NCBI RefSeq assembly: GCF_000315625.1
Contig: NW_005434631.1
Span: 441,891-505,890 of the forward strand
Origin: Guillardia theta CCMP2712
Taxonomy: Eukaryota; Protista; Cryptophyta
Length of the DNA: 64,000 nt
Reading direction: 5' to 3'
This document shows, piece after piece, positions 35,168 through 51,812 of this stretch; positions within the stretch are counted from its first letter, which is position 1; each line of letters begins with the position of its first letter. Position numbers and translations under genes: made by a program. The notes under the pieces were generated by a model. That model was given only the letters and a program-made list of their open reading frames with translations, was not told the origin of the DNA and ran no database searches.

Positions 35168-37721
35168 CCTGCATTCGAAAGTCAAGGATGAGTTGCAGGC
35201 TACATTGATGCGAACAATGTTGTTCACACAGATGGTTTCAATCTGAAAATTTCGCAACAAGGAGATCTATTCTCTTGATTAAGATCGTGACACGATACAC
35301 ATTCGATTTCAAAGTATGAGATGGTGGAACTATCAGGCTTTGTTGTAAACAGGTTGTTTCAGCTCAGTCGTGGTGCGGAAACATTCAAACAAACCAGACC
35401 CAACAACTAATGTTAACATTCATCCTCCATCCTAACCAATGTCCATCATATCATCTGCTGCATGATGATTGGTTCTCCATTGCTCCTCCCAGAACCTTTT
35501 CACCCGTTCCTCTATTCGCTCACGACACTCCGCTGCATTGCCCTTGCAAGGTTGCTGTGCTTACCTACTTTGTCCCTCCTCTTCTGCAACTATCTTATCA
35601 AGCACTCGAGATACTCTGTTCTCGCTGCTCTGCTCTCTGAAACTCTTCTTCCCCTTCCCTTGTCCCCCGTAATTTCAACTACTCTGAGAGCATATCCTGC
35701 TCTTTCACTCCTTCTCTCTGCCTTTCGTTCTCTTAACCCCCTCCTCACTACACCTTATCGAACCCTCCAGTCTGTTGCTGTCTTGTCCTGTCTCCTCCGC
35801 TCTCCTCCTCCCTCCCCTCGCCCCCTGCCCTCTGTCCTCTCTCAACACCATTGGCTGTTGGTGTGTCTCTTCGACATAAAACTGTTGTAGATTTCAGTCA
35901 AATCTAATCAAAGTTTTAGTTAAGCACAGGAATATGTTTTAGTTATATCAGTTCACTGAGATATTCAAACATTATTTGTATTTTTCAAGTTATCCAAAAG
36001 AATTTCAACAAATTTATCGGATCCGAGGTGTATTGGTGTGTTTTACTGGTCCAAGTGGGGGTGGGGGTGATATCTGAGGCGGGTCATCTACAAATGGGCA
36101 AAGTGGGGATGAGGGTATTACTGGTGGTGAAAAAAAAGTTGTAGTTTTGGAGTGCACGAGGGAAAGAATTTGTCCTGGGAAAATCATTTGAGTTTTTCAG
36201 AAATTGAAAAAATATACATATTTTCAAATTTGATTGTATAATTACAAATATAAAAAAATAATTATTGGAAATCTTCGAAAAATGTCCGGCAATGATGTTG
36301 TGTTCCTGATTCACACACCTCAGTAGGATCGGACTCGAAAGGATGGGGTCATCAGGGGGTAGCAGAGGTAGAGGGGGTAGGGTGGTGCGAATGGGGATAC
36401 AAAGTTTAGTTACTGGTGCTCCTAGCACGGGTGGGGTGGAGCATGCAGGGGGGGATTTCGAAAATCTTTGTCCAGGGGGGTAGGGGTACTGAGTGTAAGG
36501 TAATGGGTTCATTCGGATTTCGAAAGACGGGTAGGTCATTTTGAGGGGTACATTATACTCTGATTGAAAGTAGATGGTAGGGGTACTCCAGTATCTCGTC
36601 CTCAATTTTGCAGGGTGGGTAGTTGAGATTGAGGGTACTAATTTTGGTTGAACAAGGGGTAGTCGCGGAAGGTGGTATTTCAGCCGAAGTGGGGTGGGGT
36701 AGGGGCAGAGGGACGGATTTGTTTTATGGCGTTGAACCGTAAGAACAATCTATGTGTTTGTGAACAGTGAGGGTGAAGATGACACAATTGTGATATTGTT
36801 GGATTGAATTGATGTGTTAAGAAGTGTTCTATCATGAACTGTTGGGTGTTTTCTTTCCTTTCTTGATCCTTTCCTGTTCTCCTTCACTTGTACTTCTCGG
36901 ATCCATGGATATCTACTCCCACTCTGTGACCGTTGTCAGCCCCCGCTGGCATGTGCAGAATGCTCTTGCCTTCAGATCTCACTGTCTCTGATTGAATTCA
37001 TCGTCTTGTTTGATACGGCATTCATCCTTTCGCTCTCTGTTTGCCTTGATCAAGCATCGCCTCGCGCCGGTCCATGTCCATGGCGATGTTTTCATCTCCT
37101 TGCTTCGTCATAGCTCTGTCTTCTACTGCTCTGTTTGTGTTACTGTAGCATTTGGGTCTCGAAACTTTCCCGAATCATGCTCGATTCGGTTCCGATCAGT
37201 TCTCATCGCCTCTTGAACACTCTTCCTTTCCCTCTCCCATATTTGTTTCGTGCCCTTTGAAATGGTCCTCCTCTCCGGCATGCTGTGAACGCTGGAAGTT
37301 CGCGCTCCGTTACAGCCGTGGAGGTTCATCTCAGCATCGGGGCTAAAGACGACAGTACAACTCTACTATCCGACCTGATCCTTGCGACATGCTTAATTCT
37401 ATTCCCACCTGTCCTGCAATTTATTTTCATTGTGTTGACTTTGAAGTACACTGACTGTTTTCTGTCTATTCCAGGTCCGTCATTGATCTTTCTATTCGCA
37501 GGGATGCACGCGTCTTTTGCGATGTCGTTCTTCATCCCCTCAGCTCCTCTGACTTCAAGGTTTACGTCCCTCGCGAAAAGTTCTTGTCCTTTGGGTGAGG
37601 TCCTCTTATCCTTGCTGGCATGACCGTTGTCCTTGATGCATCGATCTGCTTCCCTGTTTTGAGTTTAGTGGTTACAGTTGCACCAGCAGTGCAAAGATCC
37701 TTCTCGATCTTGAATGTCAAC

Positions 37722-38524
37722 ATGGCTGCAAAGAAGGTATGAGGTCATTCACTGGCTGATTCCTTCTTGATAATTTTTCCTCGTGGAATAGGCTGAAACA
37801 GCGGATAAGCCAAAGCGACCCCTCTCTGCATACTTTGTAATTGATAGCATCATGTCATTAAGTCTTGTTTCTGATGATCCACGAACAGTTGTATGCTGGC
37901 GATAAACGTGCGACTGTAAAAGCAAAGTTTCCCACTATTGGCAACACTGGTACAGGAGATGTAGTATATTGGCGGCTTCTACTGACCTCGATGCCACAGA
38001 GATAGTCAAGAAGCTGGGTGAGATGTGGCGTGAACTGCCAGCGAATGAGAAGAAGGTCAGACTGCTTCACAGCAGTAAGACATGAGAAGAGGTCTTACTT
38101 TCAACGCAGGTCTATGAGGACAAGGCCGCTGCAGCAAAAGCTGAATATAATGCGAAGTATGGCACAGTCAAAGAAACCAAGGTTAGTTCGAGATGTTACT
38201 ATCTTGAGAGGCCTCACATCACGCATTCTTCAGCCCAAGAAACCCCTCAGCGCCTACATGCTATTCTCCAACCATGTCCGTCCTGATGTGAAGAAGGCAA
38301 ACCCAACTGTTTCGTTCGGAGAAGTTGCTAAGCTCATTGGTGCTCAATGGAGGTAACGTGGCTGGGTTGATGACCTTGCACAAGTTGTGATTTATTCTAC
38401 CAGGGGATTGCCTGAAAGCGAAAAGAAGAAGTGGAAGGATCTTGAGGACAAGGTAATCCGAACAATAGGAGAAGTGTTTCTCACTCTCCCTCAGGAGAAA
38501 GCGAAGTTTGCGCAGAACCAGTAG
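37722..38524 (+). CDS. Tandem HMG-box protein (HMGB/Nhp6-like), multi-exon
   Basis: Spliced: MAAKK|AETADKPKRPLSAYF|LYAGDKR...EIVKKLGEMWRELPANEKK|VYEDKA...|PKKPLSAYMLFS...FGEVAKLIGAQWR|GLPESEKKKW...AQNQ*. Confidence 0.9.
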
Positions 38525-38615
38525 ACTCTTGAGTTGAACTCCTGGCAAAGGATGCGATTCTGGTGGTTGGAACCAAGCTCGTTCCTCTCGAAGATAGTAA
38601 AGGCCTTCATGTCTC

Positions 38616-42150
<3,535 letters not shown>

Positions 42151-42172
42151 CAAGATTGTCAGCTAGTTCACC

Positions 42173-42245
<73 letters not shown>

Positions 42246-42645
42246 TCGTCATCATCATCATCATCGTCGTCGTCGTCGTCGTTGTCGTTGTCGTCGTCGT
42301 CATCATCATCATCATCGTCGTCATCATCGTCATCATCTCACCTTTCTTGTTCTGCATATTGTGCTTCTCAAGACGCTGACTCCTCTTTGCATCTTGGCAC
42401 CACGTCACCTCAAATCTACAAGCTTCTCTTTCACCTTCTCCTGAAGATTTCTCTCGTTTCCTGATCATCTCTCGGGCGAACACCTGGCTGCATGCATCAG
42501 CATACCACGATAGTGTTCCTTCTCCCCCGTCATCCCTCCCCTCCCTTCTCCTTGCCTTCTCTCTCCCGCCCTCTCCACTCCTTCCTCTCCCCGGCCCTCT
42601 CCTCCATCTCCTTCAACTTCTTCCTTCTCCTGTCCTGTCGCTCTT

Positions 42646-42683
<38 letters not shown>

Positions 42684-42889
42684 TCCCTCTCTCTCTCGGT
42701 ATTCTTCGATACTTTCACTGTCTACATCCCTCATCCTTCTTCCAGCGCTTCAGTGCCTGTCGTCTATATGAAGAACATCAGCACATCTTTGTTGCGCTCC
42801 CAACGTCTTCATTGCCACCCCTAACTTGACCCGTTTCTCCTCTTCCTATCATCTCTTCTCCTTCTCTCTCATCCTCCTCCTTCATCTCA

Positions 42890-45800
42890 TGCTGCCTCCA
42901 GCGCTATCGCCATGGCCGTTCGAAGCGCCAATCGTACTCGAGTTTCGAACATGCTCCCCTATACTTGCGTCCACTGACCCTCATGCTTCTGCTCTTCCTC
43001 CTTCTCCTCTGGCTTCAGATCCATTCTCCTCCTCCCTCTCTGCGAACGCGCCTCCTCCTCCTCCTCCTCCTCCTCCTCCTCCTCCTCCTCCTCCTCCTCC
43101 ATCGCCGCCGCCTGTTCCGACTCCCTGCCATGACCGCATCATCATCGCTCCCCGACTGGGAGAAATTACTCAATAATCAGACGCAGTGGGAGGCGGCGGT
43201 ATGGCGGGGTGCTTGCACGAGGTGGAGGGAAGGCTCTTCATGGCCGCGGGGGGTGAACTGAGCGCGAGGAGCGTGAGAGGAGCGAGAGTTGGGTCCAAGG
43301 TCCACCTGAAGCACAGAGTCGTCCTCATGCGGCACTTCACAGTGAGGAACCATGGCTCGTTTCTGCTCTTGGCCATGGAAACAGGGCTGGTGGAGGTGAG
43401 GGACGCGGAGAGCATGGTGCTCAGGCTCTCGCTCCTGCCCTCCAAGAAGGACGAGGGCAACCTGCCGATCGCCATGGCCGTCTCCAACGATAGCGGGCAC
43501 CCCGTGCTGTACATCACGAGGGGAGGGAACGCGTTGGAGAAGGTGACGCTCTTCAATCAGAAGAACGAGAAGCCGCTGAGAATGGAGGGAAAGTGGAAGC
43601 CGATCTCTGCTATCCAAGTCAGCCATGCTCGCAAGTCCCTGGTGGCCATAGGGCTGCAGGACGGAGAGGTTCGGATCTTGGACGCGTATACCCTGGTGCA
43701 AGGCCAGACCCTTGGCGCAAGCAGCGCCGATGGCGGCAAGCATGCGGCGGTGACGCCGTTGCGATCTGCCGTCTGCGGGATCTCGTTCTGCGAGACGAAC
43801 GAGAGCGTCATGGTCGTCTTCCATCAGCAAGGCGCCATCGCCGTGTGGAACCTCAAGGACGAGATCGTCGAGTGCGTGAGAGTGCTGGAGGAAACGATAG
43901 CTCACGGCACTTGGCATCCTTGGCTGCCCCACCTGTACACCTTGTCCTCTAGATGCTCAATTCGCTGCTGGAGCATCGTTACAGGGAGGAAGGGAGGCGT
44001 CTCCGTCGAGGAGGAGCCGCGACTTGCCTGCTCCCGACGACTGGAGTTCTCCTCCTCCTCCTCTGAGAGCAGCAGCGTGCTCGGATGCTCCAAGGGACCT
44101 GCCCACCTGTGCTTCCATCGCCGTTTCAACCTCTTCTGCATCGTCTCATCCCAGCCTCCTCCTCCTCTCATCTCAGACTCCCAGGCTGTCCTGCCCGTCC
44201 TCCAACTCGTCGACCTCCTCAACCCGTCTTGCCTCCTACCGATCGGCTGCTCCTTTGGTGCAGGCTCTGACTCCGAGCTGAAGAGGACCGAGGGGAGAGG
44301 AGCAATGGATGAGCCCGGGCATGCGGTCCGAGAGGACGTCGTCTACCTCCGAGGCTCGTCTGTCTGCGTCTTCCGGCCCCAATACAAGAAGCCGGTCAGC
44401 GTTGGTACCATCCCATGTGAAGACAACCAGGGGCTCGGTTGCCATCCAGTCAGCCTGAGCTACAGCAGCACGTTGCGGATGGGGCTGCTGCTGCAGGCGA
44501 ACTCAAGAGGGGGGAGGAACTTCAGCCTCCTGTCTCTCTCCTCCCCTACCCCCTCTTCGTCCTCCCCTGGCGTCAAGGTGAAATCCCTCCCTCCTTCCCC
44601 TTCTTCTCCGCTGACCTGCTCTTAGCAGAGGCAAGGGGAAGACGGTAGCCACCTGCAGCTGCTGATCTCGGACGCGATGCCTGCCAGAGACGCGGTCTTC
44701 GTCGGGAGGAAGTTCCTTGCTCTGCTCAGCTCCGCTGGAGATTCCATCCAGCTCCATTTGCTCAACCCGCGCAGCGCGGCCAACACCGAGGAAGGCAGAG
44801 GTTCCTTCTCTAGCGCCTGTGCTCGCCTGCAGAGCTCCGAGTTTCTCCTCTGCGAAGCTGCCGTTCCTCACGGGCTGACGCTCGATCGTCTCTACGGGCG
44901 GATGCAACAGGGCGGAGAGGAGCTAGACGACGTCTCCTCCTCCGCCTCCTCCTCCTCGCCCTCACCCTCGACGATCGAGCTGCTGGGGCTGGACAGGACT
45001 CGAGGTCTCCTCCTCTACTTCAAGGCGGATGTAGACGGGAAGGAGATCAGAGTGCGCGAGGAGAGGGAGGAACACAAGCTGAGTCAAGGGGAGCAAGTGA
45101 TGCAAGTGAACTGGAGGCCGAGGGCGGAGGAGGCGGAGGAGGCGAAAGATGCGTCACTTGCCGTCTTGACCTCTCGCAGACTGATGATCCTCGACGACGA
45201 GGGCAGGAAGCACGTGGAAGTTCCGTTGCCCAACTTGCTCTCGAGCATTTGGATAGGCGAGACCCTCTGCGTCTCCTGCATGAGTCAGGTCTTCGCCGTC
45301 TCCCTCGACGGCTTCTGCTCGCGTGTCGCCACCCTCGAGTGCTACGGTGCCGTCTTGTGCTCTTGCAGCATGAGCTCCATCGCGTTCCTCTCCCACGACA
45401 AGGGGTCGTCCCTCCTCTACACCCGCCGAGTCAACCTGCTCCTTCCGCTCCTCCGCAGCGCTCTCTTCAAGGATGACGTCAGCAGGGCTCTAGAGCTGGT
45501 GAGCTCCTGCGATGGTGACATGCTGACGCCCGAGGTTGTCCAGCTGCTCTCCTCCTCCCCCTGCAAGGACTTGGCCATCGCCGTGAAGGAGCTCTTCCTC
45601 AGCTGGCTCCCTTGGCACGACCAGCTCTCCCTCGCCTTCGCCGTCCGTGACTTCGACCTCTGCCTCGCTCTTCTCGACGCTGCCGCTACCAACCATCCTC
45701 CCCTCCTGCAAGAGCTCGGCTCAGTCTATGCCATGCTCGCCGACATCGCTCTCCTCAGCCGCTGCTCCCTCACAGCTGCCAACGCCCTCCTGCGAGCTGG

Positions 45801-48800
45801 CGCGTGTGGAGTGACTGCGTGCTTGTGGAGGCTGCTGGAGCAGCTGAGGGAGGAAGACGACGTGAAGGGGATGCGACACCTCAAGCGTTTCGCGGAGCTG
45901 ACAGGAGACAAGTACCTCGCGCTTGAGTGCTCGCTGCTGCTGGGAGAGGTCTCGGGGCTGGACGACCTGCGGGGCTTCTCCCTCCGGCTCAGCCTCGCGC
46001 CCACATGGGACAAGAAGTTCAGGAGAGCTCCAATGCCTTCGGCGTTCTTCTCCATCGTGAACCCCTCGCAGGAGGAGGAGGAGGATGGGCAAGGGGAGAC
46101 GAGGAGGTTCACCTTCTCCCTGCAGAACTCGGGGGAGGGATGGCTGCAGGAGATCAGAAGCTCGGCGTCGACGCTGATCCAGCAGCTGAAGGAGGGGAGG
46201 GAGGGGACGGCGAAGTCTCCCTCCTCCTTGTCCAGCTGGTTCTCTCATCGCCTCTCGGAGGACTGGAGCGCTGGGGAGGACAAGTCCAACAGGCCCCCAG
46301 CAGCCCCGACAGTACCGCAGCGGTCGCCTGCCTCCTCCGACTTCTCCCCATCTCGCGCCCCCAGCGAGTCGGCAAGGACTGAGCCTGACGTGGACGAGTT
46401 CGGGTTCTCGATCCGGCCGGACGAACGAGCTCCGGACTCGAACCCCTTCGGGTCGGCCGAATTGTTCGGGGAGGAAGAGGAGGACGCCGGGCAGAAGCCC
46501 CAGCTGCTGGTGAGGATCCGGTCAGCTGAGGAGTCGAAGGTGGCGGACGCAGACGAGCTGCTGCATGCCGTCAAGTCGATGTCGCTGTCGGCGGAGGGGA
46601 ACGAGACGAACATGGCCGTGCGAAACATGCTCGACATCGGGCTCGGGGCTGGAGCTTCGCTGTTCAGCGAGAAATCGAGGAGAAGGGCTGGCTCGCGCAC
46701 TGCTGACTCGAAGCATGCATCCACTAAGAATACGCCGATGTAGGAACGAGAGGGAGGAGGAGGAGGAGGAGGAAGGAGAAGGGAGAAGAGGAGGAGGAGG
46801 AGGAGGAGGAGGAAGAGGAGGTTCAGCAAGCTTGACTTCTCTGCTCCTCAGAGTTTCGCCGATGGTCTCTATCGTGGAGCACGAGGACATGCCGCACTTC
46901 CCCCCTGCCGAACCCTCGAGTACCCCCAGCTGACCTCGAGCTGGACGGCTGACTTGTGGCAGGCGACTCCTTCTCGAACATGATCTTCGACTTCGATCCC
47001 TTCGCGGCCGAGAGCTCGAGCGGAGGATTCAGAAACGAGTTTGACAATCACTTCGGTGCTCCTGCTCTTGCCCCTTTCTCTGCCCCTGCCCCTGCTGCTC
47101 TTGCTCTGTCATGCTCTCTTTGTTGCTAACAACTTGTAGGCTTTGGTGATCCCTTCAGTGCCTTTGTTGGTGACGGAAAGCTCGCGGAGGAACAAGAAGG
47201 AGAATCATCCAGGTTGATTCCCCTCCTCCTCCTTCGCCTCCTCCTCCTCCTCCACCACCACCACCACCACCACCACCACCTCCTCCTCCTCCTCCTCCTT
47301 TCCATGGACTCCCCACTCCCCCTCACTCCCCACCTCCCTCTCTCGTCTCTCTTCCTCCCCTCCTCTCCTTCTCACCTCATCGCCCCCCTTCTCACTCCCC
47401 AGCTCCCAAACTTGGTCTTCTTCTAACATCATGCAGCGACTTCATGCCCTTCCAGCAGGACGCGAGCGCCCAGGAGGGCAGCGGGGACATGGAGTCTGGG
47501 CAGGGTTCAGAGAGCAGCGAGAGGTCGATGCAGTCGGACAAGGGGAAGGGGAGGACGAGCTTCGGGTCTGTCGAGGACTGGGTGGTGCAGAACCGGGTTG
47601 TGAGCGACTCTGCTCATCGGGGGATTTTCTCGAGCTGGGATCCTTTCGAGGAACACTCCAGAGACGCACCTCTTCCCTCCTCTGCCTCCCCTCCTCTCTC
47701 TCCCGGTCCCTCCTCCTTCCCCCCCGATGCTCCTGCTTCATCCTTTCCTGCACCACAAGCCTCGGCTCCCCCCTCCGATGCTCCTCCTCCCTCTCCTCCC
47801 CAGCTCGTTTCGGCTGATCCCCCTGCCTCAACGGATGACTCGATCCACGTCTCTTTCGCTTCATTCCCTCTTGCTCCTCCCTCTGCCTCCTCTTCTGCTG
47901 CCCCTCGTTCTACTCCCCTGCCTCCTTCCTCTCCTCCTCCCTTTTCTGCTCCTCCTCTCCCTCCCTCTGCTCCTCCTCCCCCTCCTCCATCCTCCCCTCC
48001 TCCCCCCTCTTCCTCAATTCTCCGCACCTCTGCCCCTCCTCCTCCTCCTTCCGCTCCCCCTCCTCCTTCCGCTCCTCCACCTCGCCCATCTGTCCCCCCT
48101 TCCCCCTCGTCTCGTCCCCTTCCTCCGTCTTCTCCTCCCCCACCTCCTGCGGGAGCTCCCTCCCCCTTCGCCTCGGATGACCGACAAAACATCGCACAAG
48201 AGGAGAGTGGGGGAGGGGACGAGGAGGCTCGAGCGAAGTCGGAGAGTCAGGAAGGCGTTGCCGCCTCCCCCCTGGTTTCTCCTCCAAGTTTTCATCCTCT
48301 TCCCGCGTCAGACCCGCATCAAACAGGTGCAAGGAGCAGAGTAGAAGTTAACCGTCTGCTAACCCGCATGCCAGCAGGCGCGAAGGAGGAGGAGGAGGAT
48401 AAATTCAGTCAACCCCCTCCCTCCTCCTCGCCAACCGAGGTCGCAGCATTCTCCGTCCTCGCTCCCTCCCACCATTCCGGGGCAGCTGATCATGAGCTGG
48501 AAGACCAGGGAGGCAAGTGGCAAGGAGGGAAGGAGGAGCAGAAGCAAGAGGAGGCCGCGCATGTCGGCATCGAGGATGGGAAGGAACAGGGAATGGAGGA
48601 CGAGGAGGTTGGAGGTGTTGCTGTGCATGCAAGTTTGGAGGGCAGTGAGATACAATTGCCGGCTCCTCCTCTCGCTGGACAGAGCGGTAACAGCGCCCTT
48701 GTTCACCTCCTGGCCCTTCTGACGGATGTCGGTCTGTTGTCACCAGCAGGAGGAGATGGAGGAGGAGGAGATGGAGGAGGAGGAGATGGTGACTTCAAAG

Positions 48801-48940
48801 ACCCGTCGAACACACAGGTGAGTCAGAGAGGATCGTCCCTCCCTCCTCCTGACTTGCGGCAGGAGCAGCAAAGTGAACCGGGCGGTTGGGTCTCCTTCGG
48901 GGACTCGGGCATGGGATTCTCTGACGACGATTTCTCGTGA
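42890..48940 (+). CDS. WD40 propeller + helical solenoid coat-like protein with endocytic-motif tail (TSET/TPLATE TTRAY/TWD40-like)
   Basis: WD40-like strands (VAIGLQDGEVRILD, GAIAVWNL, WHPWLPHLYTLS...IRCWS), then a Leu/Ala-rich helical region, then DEFGFSIRP, NPF, several DPF motifs, a Pro-rich region and terminal GGWVSFGDSGMGFSDDDFS*. The start is uncertain. Confidence 0.65.
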
Positions 48941-49345
48941 TTTCACCAGCTTCTCGTTCCCTCGTTGCAGATCCTTCTTGTTTGTTACAGATCCTCCTTG
49001 TTTGTTACAGATCCTCCTTGTACAGATCTACTTGCACTTGTCCTACTTGCACTTGTCCTATTTGTTTCATCCAATCCATTCGTATCATTTCAGTGAACTC
49101 TCGTCCGTCTGTATTTCAGCCTGCAGCATCAGGCAACAACTTGAACCGGAGCCTCCTCGAAGACTCTTTCTTGTGTGGCAGTCTCCTGGCATCCGATCAC
49201 TGAAGGGGTAAACTAAACATCACACGTCACATAGTATCTCCTAAGTCACAGACCGGGCCTCTTCAACCTGCACTGAGTTTCAAACTCCGAGCGGGAGGTC
49301 GAACAAGACGAGAGGATGGCGGGGGAGACGAAGGAGAAGGAGAAG

Positions 49346-49349
<4 letters not shown>

Positions 49350-49416
<67 letters not shown>
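49350..49416 (+). repeat. (GA)n microsatellite
   Basis: Directly visible. Confidence 0.95.
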
Positions 49417-49417
<1 letters not shown>

Positions 49418-49454
49418 AAAAACGAAGCTAGGGAAGAGAAGCATAAGGAAGCAC

Positions 49455-49560
49455 GACTGTGAACATGGGCGGAAGCCATCACGATGCAAGGACTGTTGGG
49501 GAGGGAGCATATGCGAGGACGGGCGGCGACGATCAGCATGCAAGGACTGCAGGGGAGGGT
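49455..49560 (+). pseudogene. Frameshifted two-unit remnant of the CEHGR..CKDC repeat
   Basis: CEHGRKPSRCKDC, then after a frameshift SICEDGRRRSACKDCRGG. DNA resembles the units at 51840-52700 in opposite orientation. Confidence 0.7.
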
Positions 49561-50170
49561 TGGTAGGGGAGGAGGCAAGGGTCTGAAGGTGTGCAAGGTT
49601 GCTGAGGTTAGAAAGACATCCGTTTGTCTTGGACAGCAAGCACACGACAGCTCCTATGATTATCAGCTTCTAGGACTACTTGCCGTTACGGTATACCTGC
49701 TTGACACTACGGTATGATCAGGATGTGGCTGGTGGAAAGCTTCCAGCAAGTCAAGCACACTCCGAACAGATCGCTGACCTCTCAGGAAGCACATTCGAAG
49801 CACGGAGAAGAAGGCGGTGAAGCTTCGTGAGGGGTTTGCTTGCTGTCTTGGGTTTCGGCGCAACGAGACCGGTCTGTGGTTCTAGCGAGTTTCTTCCTTC
49901 TTCTATGGAAGCAGAGAGGTCACACCGCAAGGAACTGTGAGCTCTAGTACTGTTGGGGTGCGGTACGAACCTCTCAAGTGTTCCTGACGGTAATTTTGAC
50001 ATCAAAAGATATGGTAAACATGTTTTACGAGTACGGGGAATATGCTGTGTCTGGTTAGGGTTGATGGGCCCCATGGATGCAACTGTCATTGGTCAGGACT
50101 TGGAAGGGTTTCGAGCAAGATCATCATTCTGTCTGACCTTGCAGGAACAATCTTTGCTCTGCGCTCAAGT

Positions 50171-50664
50171 CATGGGCAGCAGTCCATCGATCAGGTCAAC
50201 TCGTACTTCATGGCCAGCAGTCCATCGATCAGGTCAACTCGTACTTCATGGCCAGCAGTCCATCGATCAGGTCAACTCGTACTTCATGGGCAGCAGTCCA
50301 TCGATCAGGTCAACTCGTACTTCATGGCCAGCAGTCCATCGATCAGGTCAACTCGTACTTCATGGCCAGCAGTCCATCGATCAGGTCAACTCGTACTTCA
50401 TGGCCAGCAGTCCATCGATCAGGTCAACTCGTACTTCATGGCCAGCAGTCCATCGATCAGGTCAACTCGTACTTCATGGCCAGCAGTCCATCGATCAGGT
50501 CAACTCGTACTTCATGGCCAGCAGTCCATCGATCAGGTCAACTCGTACTTCATGGCCAGCAGTCCATCGATCAGGTCAACTCGTACTTCATGGCCAGCAG
50601 TCCATCGATCAGGTCAACTCGTACTTCATGGGCAGCAGTCCATCGATCAGGTCAACTCGTACTT
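50171..50664 (+). repeat. Minisatellite, 13 x 38 bp (CATGG[C/G]CAGCAGTCCATCGATCAGGTCAACTCGTACTT)
   Basis: Units every 38 nt from 50171 to 50627. Only one variable position (G in copies 1, 4 and 13). No spacers. Confidence 0.97.
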
Positions 50665-51812
50665 TCCACTGCTGCAAGCATGCAGAGCCATGTAGCACTC
50701 GAACCAGACGTCAGATCAAGATTTCTTCCTCACTGAACTTGAGCAGACCAGTCAACTCAAAACACTGCCAGGGGCAAGGTGCGGTCAGCATCGCTGAGGT
50801 AGCGGCCGGGTAGGACACCGGCGGCCTGCGGCATTCCGACGGCAACTCCCCACTGGCAAGTGACTCGGACGCAGTGACCGGTGCAACCCTGCGCCATGGT
50901 GTGGCGACGACGTCGCCTCGTGAACTTGGTGAGCTCGAGGAGAGGAACGACCACATCGCTTCCAGCATGCAGGCCTGACGGTTTCCCTTCAACCGTTTGC
51001 TCCTCTCTTCACTGCCAACTGCACGAGCTAATACGATGACAAGACTTTGCGCATGCGCGGTCAAGGCCAGGGCAATCGCAGGGAGAAGCTTGTTGGTTGG
51101 GAGGCTTCTTCCATGCTAACAACTTGCTACTGTTGATCTTGTCAACACACGATCAGATGCCTGAGGTACACCAAAGACTCTTACCGCACACGTGTAGGGA
51201 AATAGGTTTCATTACAACAATGCCAGTGCCATGATGCAACATGCATCCCCTCCCTCCCTCCGATCTCACTGCTCTTCATCAAGACAAGATCACAAAGAGA
51301 ACCTGGGCCCACACGCACGCACGCTACACCAGCACTGACTACTAGCGCACACGCTTATCTTACGATGCTGCCGTCAAGACGCCTGCTGCAGCTCCAGGAG
51401 GTGAGAACTCCTCAAGGCTCCGAGATGAAATGGTGATGACTCCGTAACGGCTTCAAACGGCTCTTGTACGCACAGGCTTCATGCTTGGCAGCTGACCTGC
51501 AGGTTCTCTACTGCCCTGGAAGCGCAACGGCAAGGGAAGGGAGCTAGACATCTATGACCTCAAGTCAAGTCAATGGCTTCGTCAATCCAGCAGCACTATG
51601 TCAGTGTGAGAGCCTCACGATCTGATACTGACAGCGTGAACATGGTTATCTCGCAAGATCCCACCCCGACTCCAGCAGCCCGGTTCCGGTCCTTCAGCTG
51701 AGCTAACCTAACAAGGAGTCGCACTCAGCATCTCAAGTCACCCGCAGGCTCATGGTCCCTGCGCCTCTATCAAGCTCACATACGACGAGAGCCTTGCAAG
51801 GTAGCCTGGCGA

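Noticed and set aside
48960-49060. Short tandem duplications (about 20-bp and 14-bp units) after the WD40 gene
   Set aside because: Two to three imperfect copies in 3' flanking DNA, consistent with ordinary slippage.
50171-50664. CRISPR array
   Set aside because: Units are head-to-tail with no unique spacers, there are no cas genes, and the context is eukaryotic.
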